Positions 29,675 through 39,310 of a DNA stretch of 64,000 nucleotides are shown here, piece by piece. Under the pieces are notes generated by a model. That model was given only the letters and a program-made list of their open reading frames with translations, searched no databases and was not told where the DNA came from. The stretch spans positions 72,408-136,407 of the forward strand of contig JAPPBT010000058.1 in the NCBI GenBank assembly GCA_026702745.1, written 5' to 3'. The translations under genes were made by a program, and so were the position numbers. Within the stretch, counting starts at the first letter, position 1. Each line of letters opens with the position of its first letter. Source of the DNA: Gemmatimonadota bacterium. Its GTDB lineage: Bacteria; JAAXHH01.

Positions 29675-30526
29675 TCAGCTAATTACAGATTCCGGACCCG
29701 CGTGTCGGCCGATCCATTCCCGCAAGGGTATGTCTTCGGGCAGGGGCGAGGTATAGCCATGACCGCCCGAAGGTCCTGCGCCCAGGAGCTGCCTGCGGAT
29801 GGGGTCGCTGCGGTCCATGTAGTGATCCACGGTCATGTTGTCCCGGGGACGCAGCCAGCGGTAACTGTAGCCGTAGAACAACACCTTGCGGGTGATATCG
29901 GAGTAGTTGATCCCGGATGCGTGCCAGAGACGGCGATCGAAAAACACGGCGTCGCCGGCCGCCGCCCGTATGGGAATGGCACCTTCCGGATCCTGATCGG
30001 CCTCATCTGGAAACTCAATCGCTTCGAGACGGTGGCTGCCCGGAATGGCGTGGAAGTTGCCCCGGTCGGTCGCCGTGCAGTCGCTCAGGAAGAAGGCCAC
30101 TTTCAGCGACACCCGCGGTCGGGGCGTGGTCTCCAGATCGATATTGAGCCTGCCGCTGTCCTGATGCCAGCCCAGACGCCGCTTTTTGGGCTTCTGATCC
30201 GCCGGCGACGGCGGCGACACGATCAAATGTGAATGGTACAGCTGGATGTGCCAGCCGAGAATGCCCCAGACCTTGGGGAAGGTCTTCGGCCAGTCGAGCA
30301 GTTCCAGCAGCAGATCGTCCTGTCCGATGATGTCGAAATGATTCTTGATACTGTAGGGGCTGCCTCCCATGTTGGGACGGCGTTCAACATCGATGCGTTC
30401 CGCGATCCGGTCCAGCGCTTCCACCATATCGCCAGGCAGCACGTTCTCCACGATGAAAAAACCCTGTTCATCGAAGAGGCGCCGCTCTTCGTCCGTCAGG
30501 CAGTAGGCAAGACAGGAAGGGTCCAA
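29675..30526 (-). CDS. Phytanoyl-CoA dioxygenase (PhyH) family Fe(II)/2OG enzyme
   Basis: WHQD, IPGSH, GDAVFFD..WH, R (HxD..H triad). Confidence 0.88.
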   Translation of the reverse strand: MDPSCLAYCLTDEERRLFDEQGFFIVENVLPGDMVEALDRIAERIDVERRPNMGGSPYSIKNHFDIIGQDDLLLELLDWPKTFPKVWGILGWHIQLYHSHLIVSPPSPADQKPKKRRLGWHQDSGRLNIDLETTPRPRVSLKVAFFLSDCTATDRGNFHAIPGSHRLEAIEFPDEADQDPEGAIPIRAAAGDAVFFDRRLWHASGINYSDITRKVLFYGYSYRWLRPRDNMTVDHYMDRSDPIRRQLLGAGPSGGHGYTSPLPEDIPLREWIGRHAGPESVIS

Positions 30527-30650
30527 GGCGGAGCTCCGGGTTCGGAACGCCAGATCGTCACAAAACGTAAATGTCGCAATTCGTACCCGTATTTTTTAAC
30601 GACTCGACACACCGTGGTCAACCACTTTGAAGACCGGGCCGACGCGCAGG

Positions 30651-32285
30651 TCACGATTCCCGAACCACGAATTTCGCCCTGATCTCCGGACTTTCCCCGT
30701 ATCCAATCCGGATCGCCCGCGCCTTTATCTGATACTCGCCGGCATCAAGGCGCAGCGGTCCGGTATACAACAACCAGTGGGGGTCATCTCCCGTCTGAAG
30801 CGTGTAAGCGATGGATGCGCCTTGCGTGGCGCAGTGAAGCTGCAGCAGTATCGGCCCTTCATACGAGCCGCCCTCCAGGGCCGGCTCGATCCCGGGACTG
30901 TCAGCGCATATGGGCACGCAGACCACGGGGGCGGTCTCGGGCTGACGGCCCTCCGGATACCAGTTCCGGACCATCTCGCTTTCAGGGACCCGGCCCATGT
31001 CCCCGGTCTCTTCGAGCCAGGCGTCGAGCGCCGTTCGCATCCGCTCCAGGTCGGTACGGATCCGGGGATCGTCGGCCAGGTTGCGTACTTCATGGGGATC
31101 GGCCGCCGTGTCGTAAAACTCCTCGACGGGCCTTGGGTACCGGAACAGGGCCGACTGCGCCTCGTCAAGGCCGCCCTCCAGGCGCAGCCGCCAGATTTCC
31201 TGCATGATCGGATGGCGGTTTCGATAGGGGATCCAGGAAAGGTAAGGCAGGTCCGGCCGGTAATTGCGAATGTACTTGTACCGACCGTCCCGAACGGCCC
31301 GTACCATGTCGTAGGATACGTCGTGGCGGTCCCGGCTGGCGAAGACGAACTCGCGCGGCGGTCGAGCCTGTCTCCCGAGAAAGGCGCGGCCCTGGATATG
31401 GTGCGGGATTTCGACGCTGGCCAGGGAAAGCATCGTGGGTCCCAGGTCGATCGTGCTGACCAGGTCTTCGCATACCCGCCCGCCTTCCAGGTCCGGCCCC
31501 CTCGCGATGAGCGGAACATGAATACCCGCGTCATAGGGCCAGCGCTTGCCCCGGGGCAAGGGACCATGGTCGCTCCAGTTGAAGACGTACGTATTCCCGG
31601 CAAGGCCATCTTCGTCCAGCTGGTCCAGGAGCGTGCCGAATTCCCGGTCGTTGTGGGCTATATGGGTGTACATGCGGGCAAGGGCCTCCCGCACCACCGG
31701 CGTGTCGGGCAGGTGGGGCGGCGGCTCGATGGCATTGGGATCGAACGCTGGCGAAGGACACTTTTCCGGCCACATCCCGCTCTCGTGGCTGCGCATGAGG
31801 TTGAAGACCGCGAAGAAAGGTTGTTCCGGATCGGGCCGGTTGCGCCAGTGGGCATCCTTTCCCAGGTCGTCCCACGCCGTCAGCGGCGGTTCGAACTGGT
31901 AGTCGGTTTTGAAGTTGTTCGTACAGTAGTATCCCGCCGCCCGCAGGTATTCGGTGAAGCACTTGACGAAGTGGGGCGGAACCGCGGAATAGGGCGTGGG
32001 TAACTCAGGTACAGCGGGATCGGCGTGGGTGGTCCGCATGTGGTGCGTGCCGATGGAGGTGGCGTACATCCCGGTAATGATCGCGGAGCGGGCCGGTGCG
32101 CACACGCCGGACGTGGAGAAACAGTTCGTCCACCGGCATCCCTGCGCAGCGAAGCGGTCCACGTTCGGTGTGCGGGCCACCGGGTCGCCGTAGCAACCGT
32201 AATAGGGGCCGGTGTCCTCGAAGGAGATCCACAGGATGTTTGGTCTGGACGGGGAATGCAAGCGCACTCTCTTCTTTTCGGTCAT
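30651..32285 (-). CDS. Sulfatase (Cys-FGly type) with C-terminal small beta domain
   Basis: PNILWI, CAPARSAIITG (CxPxR), SDHG, RGKRW. Confidence 0.92.
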   Translation of the reverse strand: MTEKKRVRLHSPSRPNILWISFEDTGPYYGCYGDPVARTPNVDRFAAQGCRWTNCFSTSGVCAPARSAIITGMYATSIGTHHMRTTHADPAVPELPTPYSAVPPHFVKCFTEYLRAAGYYCTNNFKTDYQFEPPLTAWDDLGKDAHWRNRPDPEQPFFAVFNLMRSHESGMWPEKCPSPAFDPNAIEPPPHLPDTPVVREALARMYTHIAHNDREFGTLLDQLDEDGLAGNTYVFNWSDHGPLPRGKRWPYDAGIHVPLIARGPDLEGGRVCEDLVSTIDLGPTMLSLASVEIPHHIQGRAFLGRQARPPREFVFASRDRHDVSYDMVRAVRDGRYKYIRNYRPDLPYLSWIPYRNRHPIMQEIWRLRLEGGLDEAQSALFRYPRPVEEFYDTAADPHEVRNLADDPRIRTDLERMRTALDAWLEETGDMGRVPESEMVRNWYPEGRQPETAPVVCVPICADSPGIEPALEGGSYEGPILLQLHCATQGASIAYTLQTGDDPHWLLYTGPLRLDAGEYQIKARAIRIGYGESPEIRAKFVVRES

Positions 32286-32295
32286 TTCGATACTA

Positions 32296-33399
32296 TCACA
32301 AACCCGCGATCGTCTCCCCGGCGAGCTGGTCGACGACCGCTTTCAGATCACCGGTTTCATCATAGGTCTTGAGCTGCCGGTCCGCGCTGCTGCCCTGCTC
32401 GAGCATGACCCGGATGTACTCGATCTCCTCCCGGACGCCGAGAGGGTCCACCACGTCGTCCACGATTTCCAGCAATTCCTCGATGAGATATCGCAGGGGT
32501 ACTTCCTCTTCCTTGCCGAAGTCGACCAGTTTCCCGTCCAGCCCGTCCTTGATGGCGCGCCACTTGTTCTCGGCCACCAGGTCGCGCCGGTAGTACCGCC
32601 AGGACTGGTTCTCACGGCGCAGCCGGATCAACTTGGCCGCCACCGCCCTGACCAGGGCCACGATGGCCACCACTTCGTCGATTTTGGTGATGCAGTCGCA
32701 GATCCGGAGCTCCAGCGTGGGAAAACGGGGATGGGGACGCACATCCCACCAGATCTTCGTGGGCTCGTCCATGCAGCCGGTCTTGATCATCGTCTGGATG
32801 AAATGGTCGTACTCGACGGCCGAGTCGAACCGATCGGGTATACCGGTCCGGGGCAACTCGGAGAACACGATGCTCCTGTAGGATTTAAGCCCCGTGTTGT
32901 CTCCCATCCAGAAGGGGGATGAAGACGAAAGGGCCAGGACGTGGGGCAGGAAATAGCCGATCTGGTTCATGGTGTCGATGCGCAATTCCCGGTCGGGTAT
33001 GCCGACGTGAATGTGCATGCCGAAGATAAGCAGGCGGCGGGCGACGTACTGCAGGTCGGCAACCAGGCTGCGGTACCGGTCTTTCTCGGTGATTTCCTGC
33101 TCCTGCCAGCGGGAAAAGGGATGGGTGCCGGCCGCCACGATCCGGTGGCCGCTCTTTTCGGCGATTTCGGACACCATGCTCCGAAGCCGGGCGATCTCCT
33201 TGCGGACTTCCTTGATGTCCTTGCAGACCTCGGTACCCATTTCCACCTGGGACTGAAGGAATTCCGGCTTGACCTGGTCGCGAAAAACCCGCTTCCCCTT
33301 TTCGAGAAACTCGGAGATGTAGGAAGTCAGTTCCCGCGACTCGGGGTCGATGATCTGGTATTCCTCTTCGACGCCAAGCGTCATTTCTTCTAAGGTCAT
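32296..33399 (-). CDS. Carboxylate-amine ligase (YbdK/GCS2 family)
   Basis: TLGVEEEYQ, AAGTHPF, FGMHIHVG, SSPFW, WWDVRPHP, ELRICD, ENKWRA. Confidence 0.92.
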   Translation of the reverse strand: MTLEEMTLGVEEEYQIIDPESRELTSYISEFLEKGKRVFRDQVKPEFLQSQVEMGTEVCKDIKEVRKEIARLRSMVSEIAEKSGHRIVAAGTHPFSRWQEQEITEKDRYRSLVADLQYVARRLLIFGMHIHVGIPDRELRIDTMNQIGYFLPHVLALSSSSPFWMGDNTGLKSYRSIVFSELPRTGIPDRFDSAVEYDHFIQTMIKTGCMDEPTKIWWDVRPHPRFPTLELRICDCITKIDEVVAIVALVRAVAAKLIRLRRENQSWRYYRRDLVAENKWRAIKDGLDGKLVDFGKEEEVPLRYLIEELLEIVDDVVDPLGVREEIEYIRVMLEQGSSADRQLKTYDETGDLKAVVDQLAGETIAGL

Positions 33400-33484
33400 G
33401 GTGTGAACTGCTCCAGGTATCCTGGACCGGTTTATGGACCGTTGGTTATCCTGCCGCCGGTGATCCTGTTGACTGCTGCAGATT

Positions 33485-33583
33485 GTATGCTACGCGCGCG
33501 ACGACTACGCACGCGACGACTTGACGACCCGTCGTATGCTACGCGCACGACGACTTGACGACCCGTCGTATGCTACGCGCGCG
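33485..33583. repeat. 34-bp tandem repeat containing the stop codon of the 33573 CDS
   Basis: gtatgctacgcgc(a/g)cga starts at 33485, 33534, 33568; cgacgacttgacgacccgtc twice. Confidence 0.85.
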
Positions 33584-34004
33584 ATTTACGCGATCCGAAC
33601 CAGACGCCCACGGCCCCGACCAGCGGGTTGAGCCAGTTGAACCACGCGGGATGAACGGCCCCCGCGGTCGCCTCCATCATCGACACATCGTCGGGACGCG
33701 GTTCTGCCGGCATCTCCACCGGCATCAGCGCCCTCACCACACCGAACACGATCACGAGTCCTATCAGTAGGGTGGCGGCCCTGGCATCGTGCCCCACCCT
33801 GACGCAGACCAGACCGGCGATGTACGCCCCTACGAACCCCAGCACGAGCGAACCGAGCGCCCAGCCGACGGGTACTTCCCACGAACCCGGTTGGAAGGCA
33901 CCCGTGGGCCCTACCGCCACCCACAGCAGCGAGAAGAGTACGAAGAGTACGGCAGCCATGGCAACGTAACCGACTATGGCCGCGAGGATGTTCCTGAGCA
34001 TCAT
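33573..34004 (-). CDS. Hypothetical 4-TM membrane protein
   Basis: AGGAGG RBS before ATG 34004; four hydrophobic segments. Confidence 0.7.
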   Translation of the reverse strand: MMLRNILAAIVGYVAMAAVLFVLFSLLWVAVGPTGAFQPGSWEVPVGWALGSLVLGFVGAYIAGLVCVRVGHDARAATLLIGLVIVFGVVRALMPVEMPAEPRPDDVSMMEATAGAVHPAWFNWLNPLVGAVGVWFGSRKSRA

Positions 34005-34067
34005 GTTCCTCCTAACAATATCATCATGCCCGTTGACCACAGGATGGTCGACAGGGCAATGCGATCG

Positions 34068-34463
34068 TCACGATTGCTCCTTCTCCGCCATAATCTGAAT
34101 CAAGTTGCCGCAGGTATCGTCGAAGGCGGCAACAACGACTGTCCCGGCATCCGTAGGCGGCTGTACGAATCGCACACCCTTTGCCACGAGACGCTCGTGT
34201 TCGGCTGCGACGTCGTCGACCGTGAAGGCGGTCCACGGGATACCGTCGTCCACAAGGGCCTTCTTGAACGGACGCATCGGGGGATAGGCGTCAGGTTCGA
34301 GCACCAGCTCCGTTCCATCCGGATCCTCCTTGGATACCAGGGTGATCCAGGCATGTTCTCCCAGGGGTATGTTGTGCTTCAACTGGAAGCCCAGTGTTTC
34401 GGTGTAAAAGCGAAGCGCTTTCTGCTGGTCATCTACCGTGACACTGGTGTGTGTGATTCTCAT
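34068..34463 (-). CDS. VOC/glyoxalase family protein
   Basis: VTVDDQQKALRFYTETLGF, FDDTCGNLIQI; GAGGAGG RBS. Confidence 0.9.
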   Translation of the reverse strand: MRITHTSVTVDDQQKALRFYTETLGFQLKHNIPLGEHAWITLVSKEDPDGTELVLEPDAYPPMRPFKKALVDDGIPWTAFTVDDVAAEHERLVAKGVRFVQPPTDAGTVVVAAFDDTCGNLIQIMAEKEQS

Positions 34464-34509
34464 TGCTCGATGCCCTCCTCGGTAGGGTGTGAAATACAAG
34501 CCCGGGAAA

Positions 34510-35523
34510 CTAACCGGGATTCATAACAACGGGTTGTCTCGCGTCAATGGACGCGTGCACGGCGTCGATGACCCGCATGTTGCCCAGGCTGTTCTCCGGC
34601 GGAATCCGGTGCGGCCGGCCGAATTCGAGACAGTCGCACAGGTGCCGCAACTGTTCGGTGAATTGAAAGACCGGGGCGAACCGGATGGTCCTTTCTTCCC
34701 CGTCGTTTTTTCTGATTTCCAGCGCGACCGGGCGATCTTCGTTGTTCCATGCCATGTCCATCCGCATGTAGCCGTCCGTACCGAACACCTCGAACTCCTG
34801 GGAACTATGGAACCGAAAGGAAAAGGCGCACTGCGCGCTGATCTCATCGGGGAACTCGATTTGCGCCAGGACGGACTCGGGCACCCCGGACCGCTGGCCG
34901 TAGTGGCCACGCGCAAGGACCCTTTCCGGTTCGGTGCCCGTGATGAACCGGGCGTGGTGTATGCAGTAGCAGCCCAGGTCGTAGGTGGCGCCGCCGCGCT
35001 TGTCCTTGTTGAACCGCCAGTTGTAATCCGGTCTGAGGTTACCGGGATCCACCGCGGCCGTAAAGTTGCTGCGGATCAATTTAACCCGACCGATCTCGCC
35101 GGCGTCGATGAGCTCCTTCGTCCTGATGTGGCACGGGTGGTGGCGGAACTTGAAAGCCTCGGCGAGCAGGACGCCGTGGTCCCGCGCGGATTCGATCATG
35201 GCTTCGCACTCGGCCGCCGTCGAACTGATGGGTTTTTCGCAGAGGATCGCCTTGACCCGGCCGGTCCGCGCGGCCCGGACGGCTATGTCGGCGTGGGAAT
35301 CGCCCCAGGTACAGATGGAGAGAATGTCGATTTCCTCTTCCAGCAGCATGCGCTCCAGATCCGTGTAGCGGCGGGAGACCCCGAAGGTCTCGCCGAAACG
35401 GTCCATCGCCTCCTCCGAGACGTCGCAGATCGCGGCGAGTTCCGCTTCGGGCGCTTCCCGGGCCGCCCTGCCGTGGCAGTGCGCGATGCCGCCCGCGCCG
35501 ACGATGCCTACCCTGAGGGCCAT
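34510..35523 (-). CDS. Gfo/Idh/MocA family oxidoreductase
   Basis: GIVGAGGIA, CEKP, GGATYDLGCY; start at MALRVG. Confidence 0.9.
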   Translation of the reverse strand: MALRVGIVGAGGIAHCHGRAAREAPEAELAAICDVSEEAMDRFGETFGVSRRYTDLERMLLEEEIDILSICTWGDSHADIAVRAARTGRVKAILCEKPISSTAAECEAMIESARDHGVLLAEAFKFRHHPCHIRTKELIDAGEIGRVKLIRSNFTAAVDPGNLRPDYNWRFNKDKRGGATYDLGCYCIHHARFITGTEPERVLARGHYGQRSGVPESVLAQIEFPDEISAQCAFSFRFHSSQEFEVFGTDGYMRMDMAWNNEDRPVALEIRKNDGEERTIRFAPVFQFTEQLRHLCDCLEFGRPHRIPPENSLGNMRVIDAVHASIDARQPVVMNPG

Positions 35524-35540
35524 GTTGATCTCCCTTTCGG

Positions 35541-36389
35541 TCAGGCCGAACGTTTCAAATCCAATGCCTTCGCCGCCGGTCCCACCAGGAACAGCGCGTA
35601 CAGCGGAGCGTTCACGATTTCGTAAAGTCGCAGTACCATTTCCGCCAGCGCCACGAGAAAAGCCACCCCGATGCGGCCGTTGCGCGAGGAGACGGACGTA
35701 GCGGGGTCCGTGACCATGAAGAAGGCCATGAGCTGGTACATGGGGCCGGTGATGGGCGCGACTTCGGACAGAAACGGGGTTCCGGTCATTAAGGACCGCA
35801 CGTAGGCGAGCGCGACGAAGGACACGGCGTAGGTGAAGGTAACGTGAAAACGCTTCGCCCGCCAGAGGATGACCGAACCCAGCACCCAGATCACGGCCAT
35901 GGCCCAGAGGTCGTTGCCCCACTGCTCGCTCAAGGCGGCCACGGTCCCGGGCGCCGCGAAGAGCACCACGCAGATGCCCAGGTTGGATGGATTCCACAGG
36001 TGCCGGCCCCTGAAGCGGAGGACGTATTTCGACAGGATGGAAAGCAGGCTGGCGATGGCGTAGGGCCACAGGGCAAGCGACCTCAGCAGGATCCCGCAGC
36101 TGATCCCGGTGATGTACGCGCTGGCGGGGTTGAGCCACCGGCCCGTCAGCAGGCGACCCAGGGCCAGCTCCGCCGCCAGTGCCACGGCGATCGCCGTGAA
36201 CAGTTGCGACAGGTCGTGGAGGAATCCCACGTAAAGCTGGCCGAAGACCAGGATCATGGTGATCAGGCCGGAGGACAGGTACCGCGGATCGATCTGCCAT
36301 CCCGCTCCATTCGGCGGTCCCGGCGGCGGACCGGGCGTCCCGGCGCTTCCTGTCGAACCGGCCGCTGCGGCCTTTGTTGCGCCCATCAT
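35541..36389 (-). CDS. RnfD/NqrB-like membrane protein, UnbU-like
   Basis: SKYVLRFRGRHLWNPSNLG, FFMVTDPAT; about 8 TM; overlaps upstream UnbV-like stop. Confidence 0.8.
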   Translation of the reverse strand: MMGATKAAAAGSTGSAGTPGPPPGPPNGAGWQIDPRYLSSGLITMILVFGQLYVGFLHDLSQLFTAIAVALAAELALGRLLTGRWLNPASAYITGISCGILLRSLALWPYAIASLLSILSKYVLRFRGRHLWNPSNLGICVVLFAAPGTVAALSEQWGNDLWAMAVIWVLGSVILWRAKRFHVTFTYAVSFVALAYVRSLMTGTPFLSEVAPITGPMYQLMAFFMVTDPATSVSSRNGRIGVAFLVALAEMVLRLYEIVNAPLYALFLVGPAAKALDLKRSA

Positions 36390-38200
36390 CCCTCCGGTTC
36401 AGTTACGGTGTGCAGCCGGTTGATATCGGGACGTTCCAGCGTCTGTACTGTCCCGCCCGGCCAGCGTACCTCGACCCGTTCGACCTCGGTGGCGACCCCC
36501 AGGCCGAAATGCCGTCTCCGCTGGCTCTGGGCTGCGAAACTCGCGCTTGCCGTCACGACCTGGAGCTGTTGCCGGCCGTCCCGGAAAACCCGGACCTCCG
36601 CGCCGATGGCGCTCGCGTTGCTGCTTCTGCCCTTCAGCTCGAAGGCAATCCAAGCGTTCTCACCGTCGACCTCGTTCCTGTACAGTACCAGGGGACCGTC
36701 CTGGTTGGCCACCACCACGTCGAGCACGCCCCGGTTGAAGAGGTCTGCGAGGGCGACTCCCCTGCCGTCGTACCGGTCGGTCACGCCGACGGATTCCGCC
36801 ACGTCGTAGAAACGCCCGGTGCCGTCGTTCAGGTACAGCCTGGACCGCTCGTATCCCGACAGGCTTTGATCGCCCATAGGCGCCCAGTTCCGCACGTCCT
36901 GGAAGATGTTGTTGTTACCCATGGCGACCCGCGACATCTCGTACCAGTAGTCCTCCTCCGGATCGGCCGAGACAAAGCCGTTGGTGACGAACAGGTCCAC
37001 GAAACCGTCGTTGTTCAGGTCCCCGAACTGCGCGCCCCAGGCCCAGCCCGCGTCGGCGATCTCGCCCTCGGCGATGTTGATCATCCGGCCGTTTTCCGCG
37101 ATCAGGTTGCGGCGGAGATTGTTCCCCTGGAACAGGTAGCCCCGCTTCGAGATATTCGTCACGTACACGTCCGCGCGTCCGTCGTTGTACAGGTCGCCGA
37201 AGGCCACGTTCATACCGCTCTTGGACGTCTCTTCCAGCGAGGTCCCGGTGGCCTGCTCGAAACGCTTCCCCTCGACATTAAGGAGGAGCACCTCGGGACC
37301 GTAATCGTTGGCCAGGTACAGATCGGGCCAGCCGTCGCCGTTCAGGTCCGCCGCGCCGACGGACATGGTCCACCGCGTGCAGTCCGCCCCGTACGATTCC
37401 GTCACGTCCTCGAAACGGCCGTTACCCCGGTTCATGAAGAGATAGTTGTGGCCGCCGTTGTTCGCGTATTCGAAACTCTCCTGCATGATGCGCGTCGTCG
37501 TAACCTGCCACAGGTCATGGATTTCCGAGAAATACCCGCCCACGTAGAGATCGATCAGGCCGTCCCGGTCGACGTCCGTCCACACGGCGCTGTTGGCGTT
37601 CATCCACCGGTCGAACCCCGCCTCGGAGGTCGCGTCCTCAAAGCTTCCGTCGCCCAGGTTCCGGTACAGGCGCTGGCGCCCCCACATGTAGATGAAGACA
37701 TCCTCGAATCCGTCGTTATCGTAATCCCCCCACGCCGAGCCCATGGACACGCCGCCGTCCCCGTTCACATCGGCCAGGCCGGCCTCCCCGGCAACCTCCG
37801 AAAAACTTCCGTCGCCCAGGTTCCGGTACAGGGCGTTCGGCGTGCCCTTCCGACTGCTGGTCACGTAAAGGTCCTGCCACCCGTCGTTGTCGAAATCCAC
37901 GACCGAGACGGATGCCCCGAGGGCCGAGATATGGGGCATGATCGGGTCGAGCTGCGGATCGAGCTGCGGTTTTGCGTGGACGAAGGCAATGCCGGCCGCC
38001 GCCGTCACATCGGTCAACAGGAATCCATACCGGCCCGCGATTGCCGTGTCTGTCTCGCGCCCGTCTGCCTGGCGTACGTCTGTCTCACGTACGTCTACGT
38101 CTCGGGACAGCCACCGGTCGAAGAAAAAGGGCGAAATGATCAGTATGATGAACAGCGCGGTCGCCGATGTCCGTATTGTACTGGAGGAGGCTGGTGACAT
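36386..38200 (-). CDS. CRTAC1/ASPIC-UnbV family protein with FG-GAP/VCBS repeats
   Basis: Multiple DxDNDGxxDL repeats, LYRNLGDGSF, C-terminal AIGAEV..HFGLG..VRWPGG; N-terminal membrane anchor. Confidence 0.9.
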   Translation of the reverse strand: MSPASSSTIRTSATALFIILIISPFFFDRWLSRDVDVRETDVRQADGRETDTAIAGRYGFLLTDVTAAAGIAFVHAKPQLDPQLDPIMPHISALGASVSVVDFDNDGWQDLYVTSSRKGTPNALYRNLGDGSFSEVAGEAGLADVNGDGGVSMGSAWGDYDNDGFEDVFIYMWGRQRLYRNLGDGSFEDATSEAGFDRWMNANSAVWTDVDRDGLIDLYVGGYFSEIHDLWQVTTTRIMQESFEYANNGGHNYLFMNRGNGRFEDVTESYGADCTRWTMSVGAADLNGDGWPDLYLANDYGPEVLLLNVEGKRFEQATGTSLEETSKSGMNVAFGDLYNDGRADVYVTNISKRGYLFQGNNLRRNLIAENGRMINIAEGEIADAGWAWGAQFGDLNNDGFVDLFVTNGFVSADPEEDYWYEMSRVAMGNNNIFQDVRNWAPMGDQSLSGYERSRLYLNDGTGRFYDVAESVGVTDRYDGRGVALADLFNRGVLDVVVANQDGPLVLYRNEVDGENAWIAFELKGRSSNASAIGAEVRVFRDGRQQLQVVTASASFAAQSQRRRHFGLGVATEVERVEVRWPGGTVQTLERPDINRLHTVTEPEG

Positions 38201-38278
38201 GGCCTGAAGGGGCAAGAAATCCAGCGGGTGGACAGACGGGAATGCCACGTGTATTACGAATGGTCCGGGTGCCGTTTC

Positions 38279-38342
38279 AAGGTAGAAACCCGGCACTGGC
38301 CTGTCAAGATGCATTGACACGCCGGACCGGAAGCACTATAAA
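38279..38342. promoter_or_regulatory. Back-to-back divergent sigma70 promoters
   Basis: + TTGACA(38314)-N17-TATAAA(38337); - TTGACA(38307)-N17-TACCTT(38284). Confidence 0.7.
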
Positions 38343-38411
38343 CTCACCGACAGCCCGATCCGCAGATCGATCGAAGTTCACGCAGCGAATCATACTCTAC
38401 CGGAGTGATCA

Positions 38412-39209
38412 ATGAGTACTTACCCTGTGCGCGCCATCCCATCGCTTCTTCTGCTTGCCTGCCTGTGTGCCGTTACTGTGCACACCCATGCCCAGACCTC
38501 CCTGCTGGACCGGATCCAGGAACGGGGCGAGATCCGAATCGGGACCACCGGCGACTACAAGCCTTTCACCTATCTGAATCCGGAGACCGCAACCTACGAG
38601 GGCATGGACATCGAAGCGGCGCATCTGCTGGGTGAAGCCCTCGGCGTCAGCGTACGATTCGTCCCCACGACCTGGAGCAACCTGTCCGAAGATACCCTGA
38701 ACGACCGGTTCGACCTGGCCATGGGCGGGATTACGCGGACGCTGACACGTCAGAAAGTCCTGGCACTTACCGACCCCTATGTCACCATCGGTAAATCGGC
38801 GCTCATCAGAAAGTCCGACCGCAACCGTTTCAGGGGCCTGCAGGACATGGACCGGCCCTGGGTACGGATCGGAGTAAACCACGGCGGTACCAACGAAGCC
38901 TTCGTGCGGGCCAACATCCGGCAGGCCACGATCGTCATGTTCGAAAACAACCTGGACGTCCAGCCGGCCGTGGCGGAGGGGGACGTGGACGTGATGTTCA
39001 CGGACAACGTGGAAGCGGTGATCTACGCGAGACAGAATCCCCTGCTTTACGCCCTCGACCCGGACAAGCCGTTGACCCGTGAGGACCTGGGCTACATGAC
39101 CGTCCGCGGCGACCAGCCCTTCATCAACTTCCTGAACCTGTGGCTGTACCAGATGAGTCAGAAGGGTACGCTGGACGAGCTGAGGAGCAAATGGATCGGG
39201 GAGTACTGA
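38412..39209 (+). CDS. Periplasmic SBP family 3 protein, cyclohexadienyl dehydratase (PheC)-like
   Basis: Signal peptide, RIGTTGDYKPF, MGGIT, NHGGTNE, TDNVEA. Confidence 0.8.
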   Translation: MSTYPVRAIPSLLLLACLCAVTVHTHAQTSLLDRIQERGEIRIGTTGDYKPFTYLNPETATYEGMDIEAAHLLGEALGVSVRFVPTTWSNLSEDTLNDRFDLAMGGITRTLTRQKVLALTDPYVTIGKSALIRKSDRNRFRGLQDMDRPWVRIGVNHGGTNEAFVRANIRQATIVMFENNLDVQPAVAEGDVDVMFTDNVEAVIYARQNPLLYALDPDKPLTREDLGYMTVRGDQPFINFLNLWLYQMSQKGTLDELRSKWIGEY

Positions 39210-39233
39210 TAGAGGATTTCTGATATAATTATA

Positions 39234-39262
39234 TTGCGATTTCGCCTTTCCCGCCCTATCTT
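39234..39262 (+). promoter_or_regulatory. Sigma70-like promoter for pyrG
   Basis: TTGCGA-N17-TATCTT. Confidence 0.55.
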
Positions 39263-39310
39263 AGGTGCGGCCTTATTCAAATCCCAAAATCCTGAACAAG
39301 GAGCGAGTCT

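Noticed and set aside
35524-36300. N-terminal extension of the 596-aa ORF 34510..36300
   Set aside because: It overlaps the UnbU-like gene in another frame; the oxidoreductase Rossmann motif starts at 35523 with an RBS.
35541-38200. Enediyne biosynthetic cluster or Rnf/Nqr complex
   Set aside because: No PKS, thioesterase or other rnf/nqr subunits nearby.
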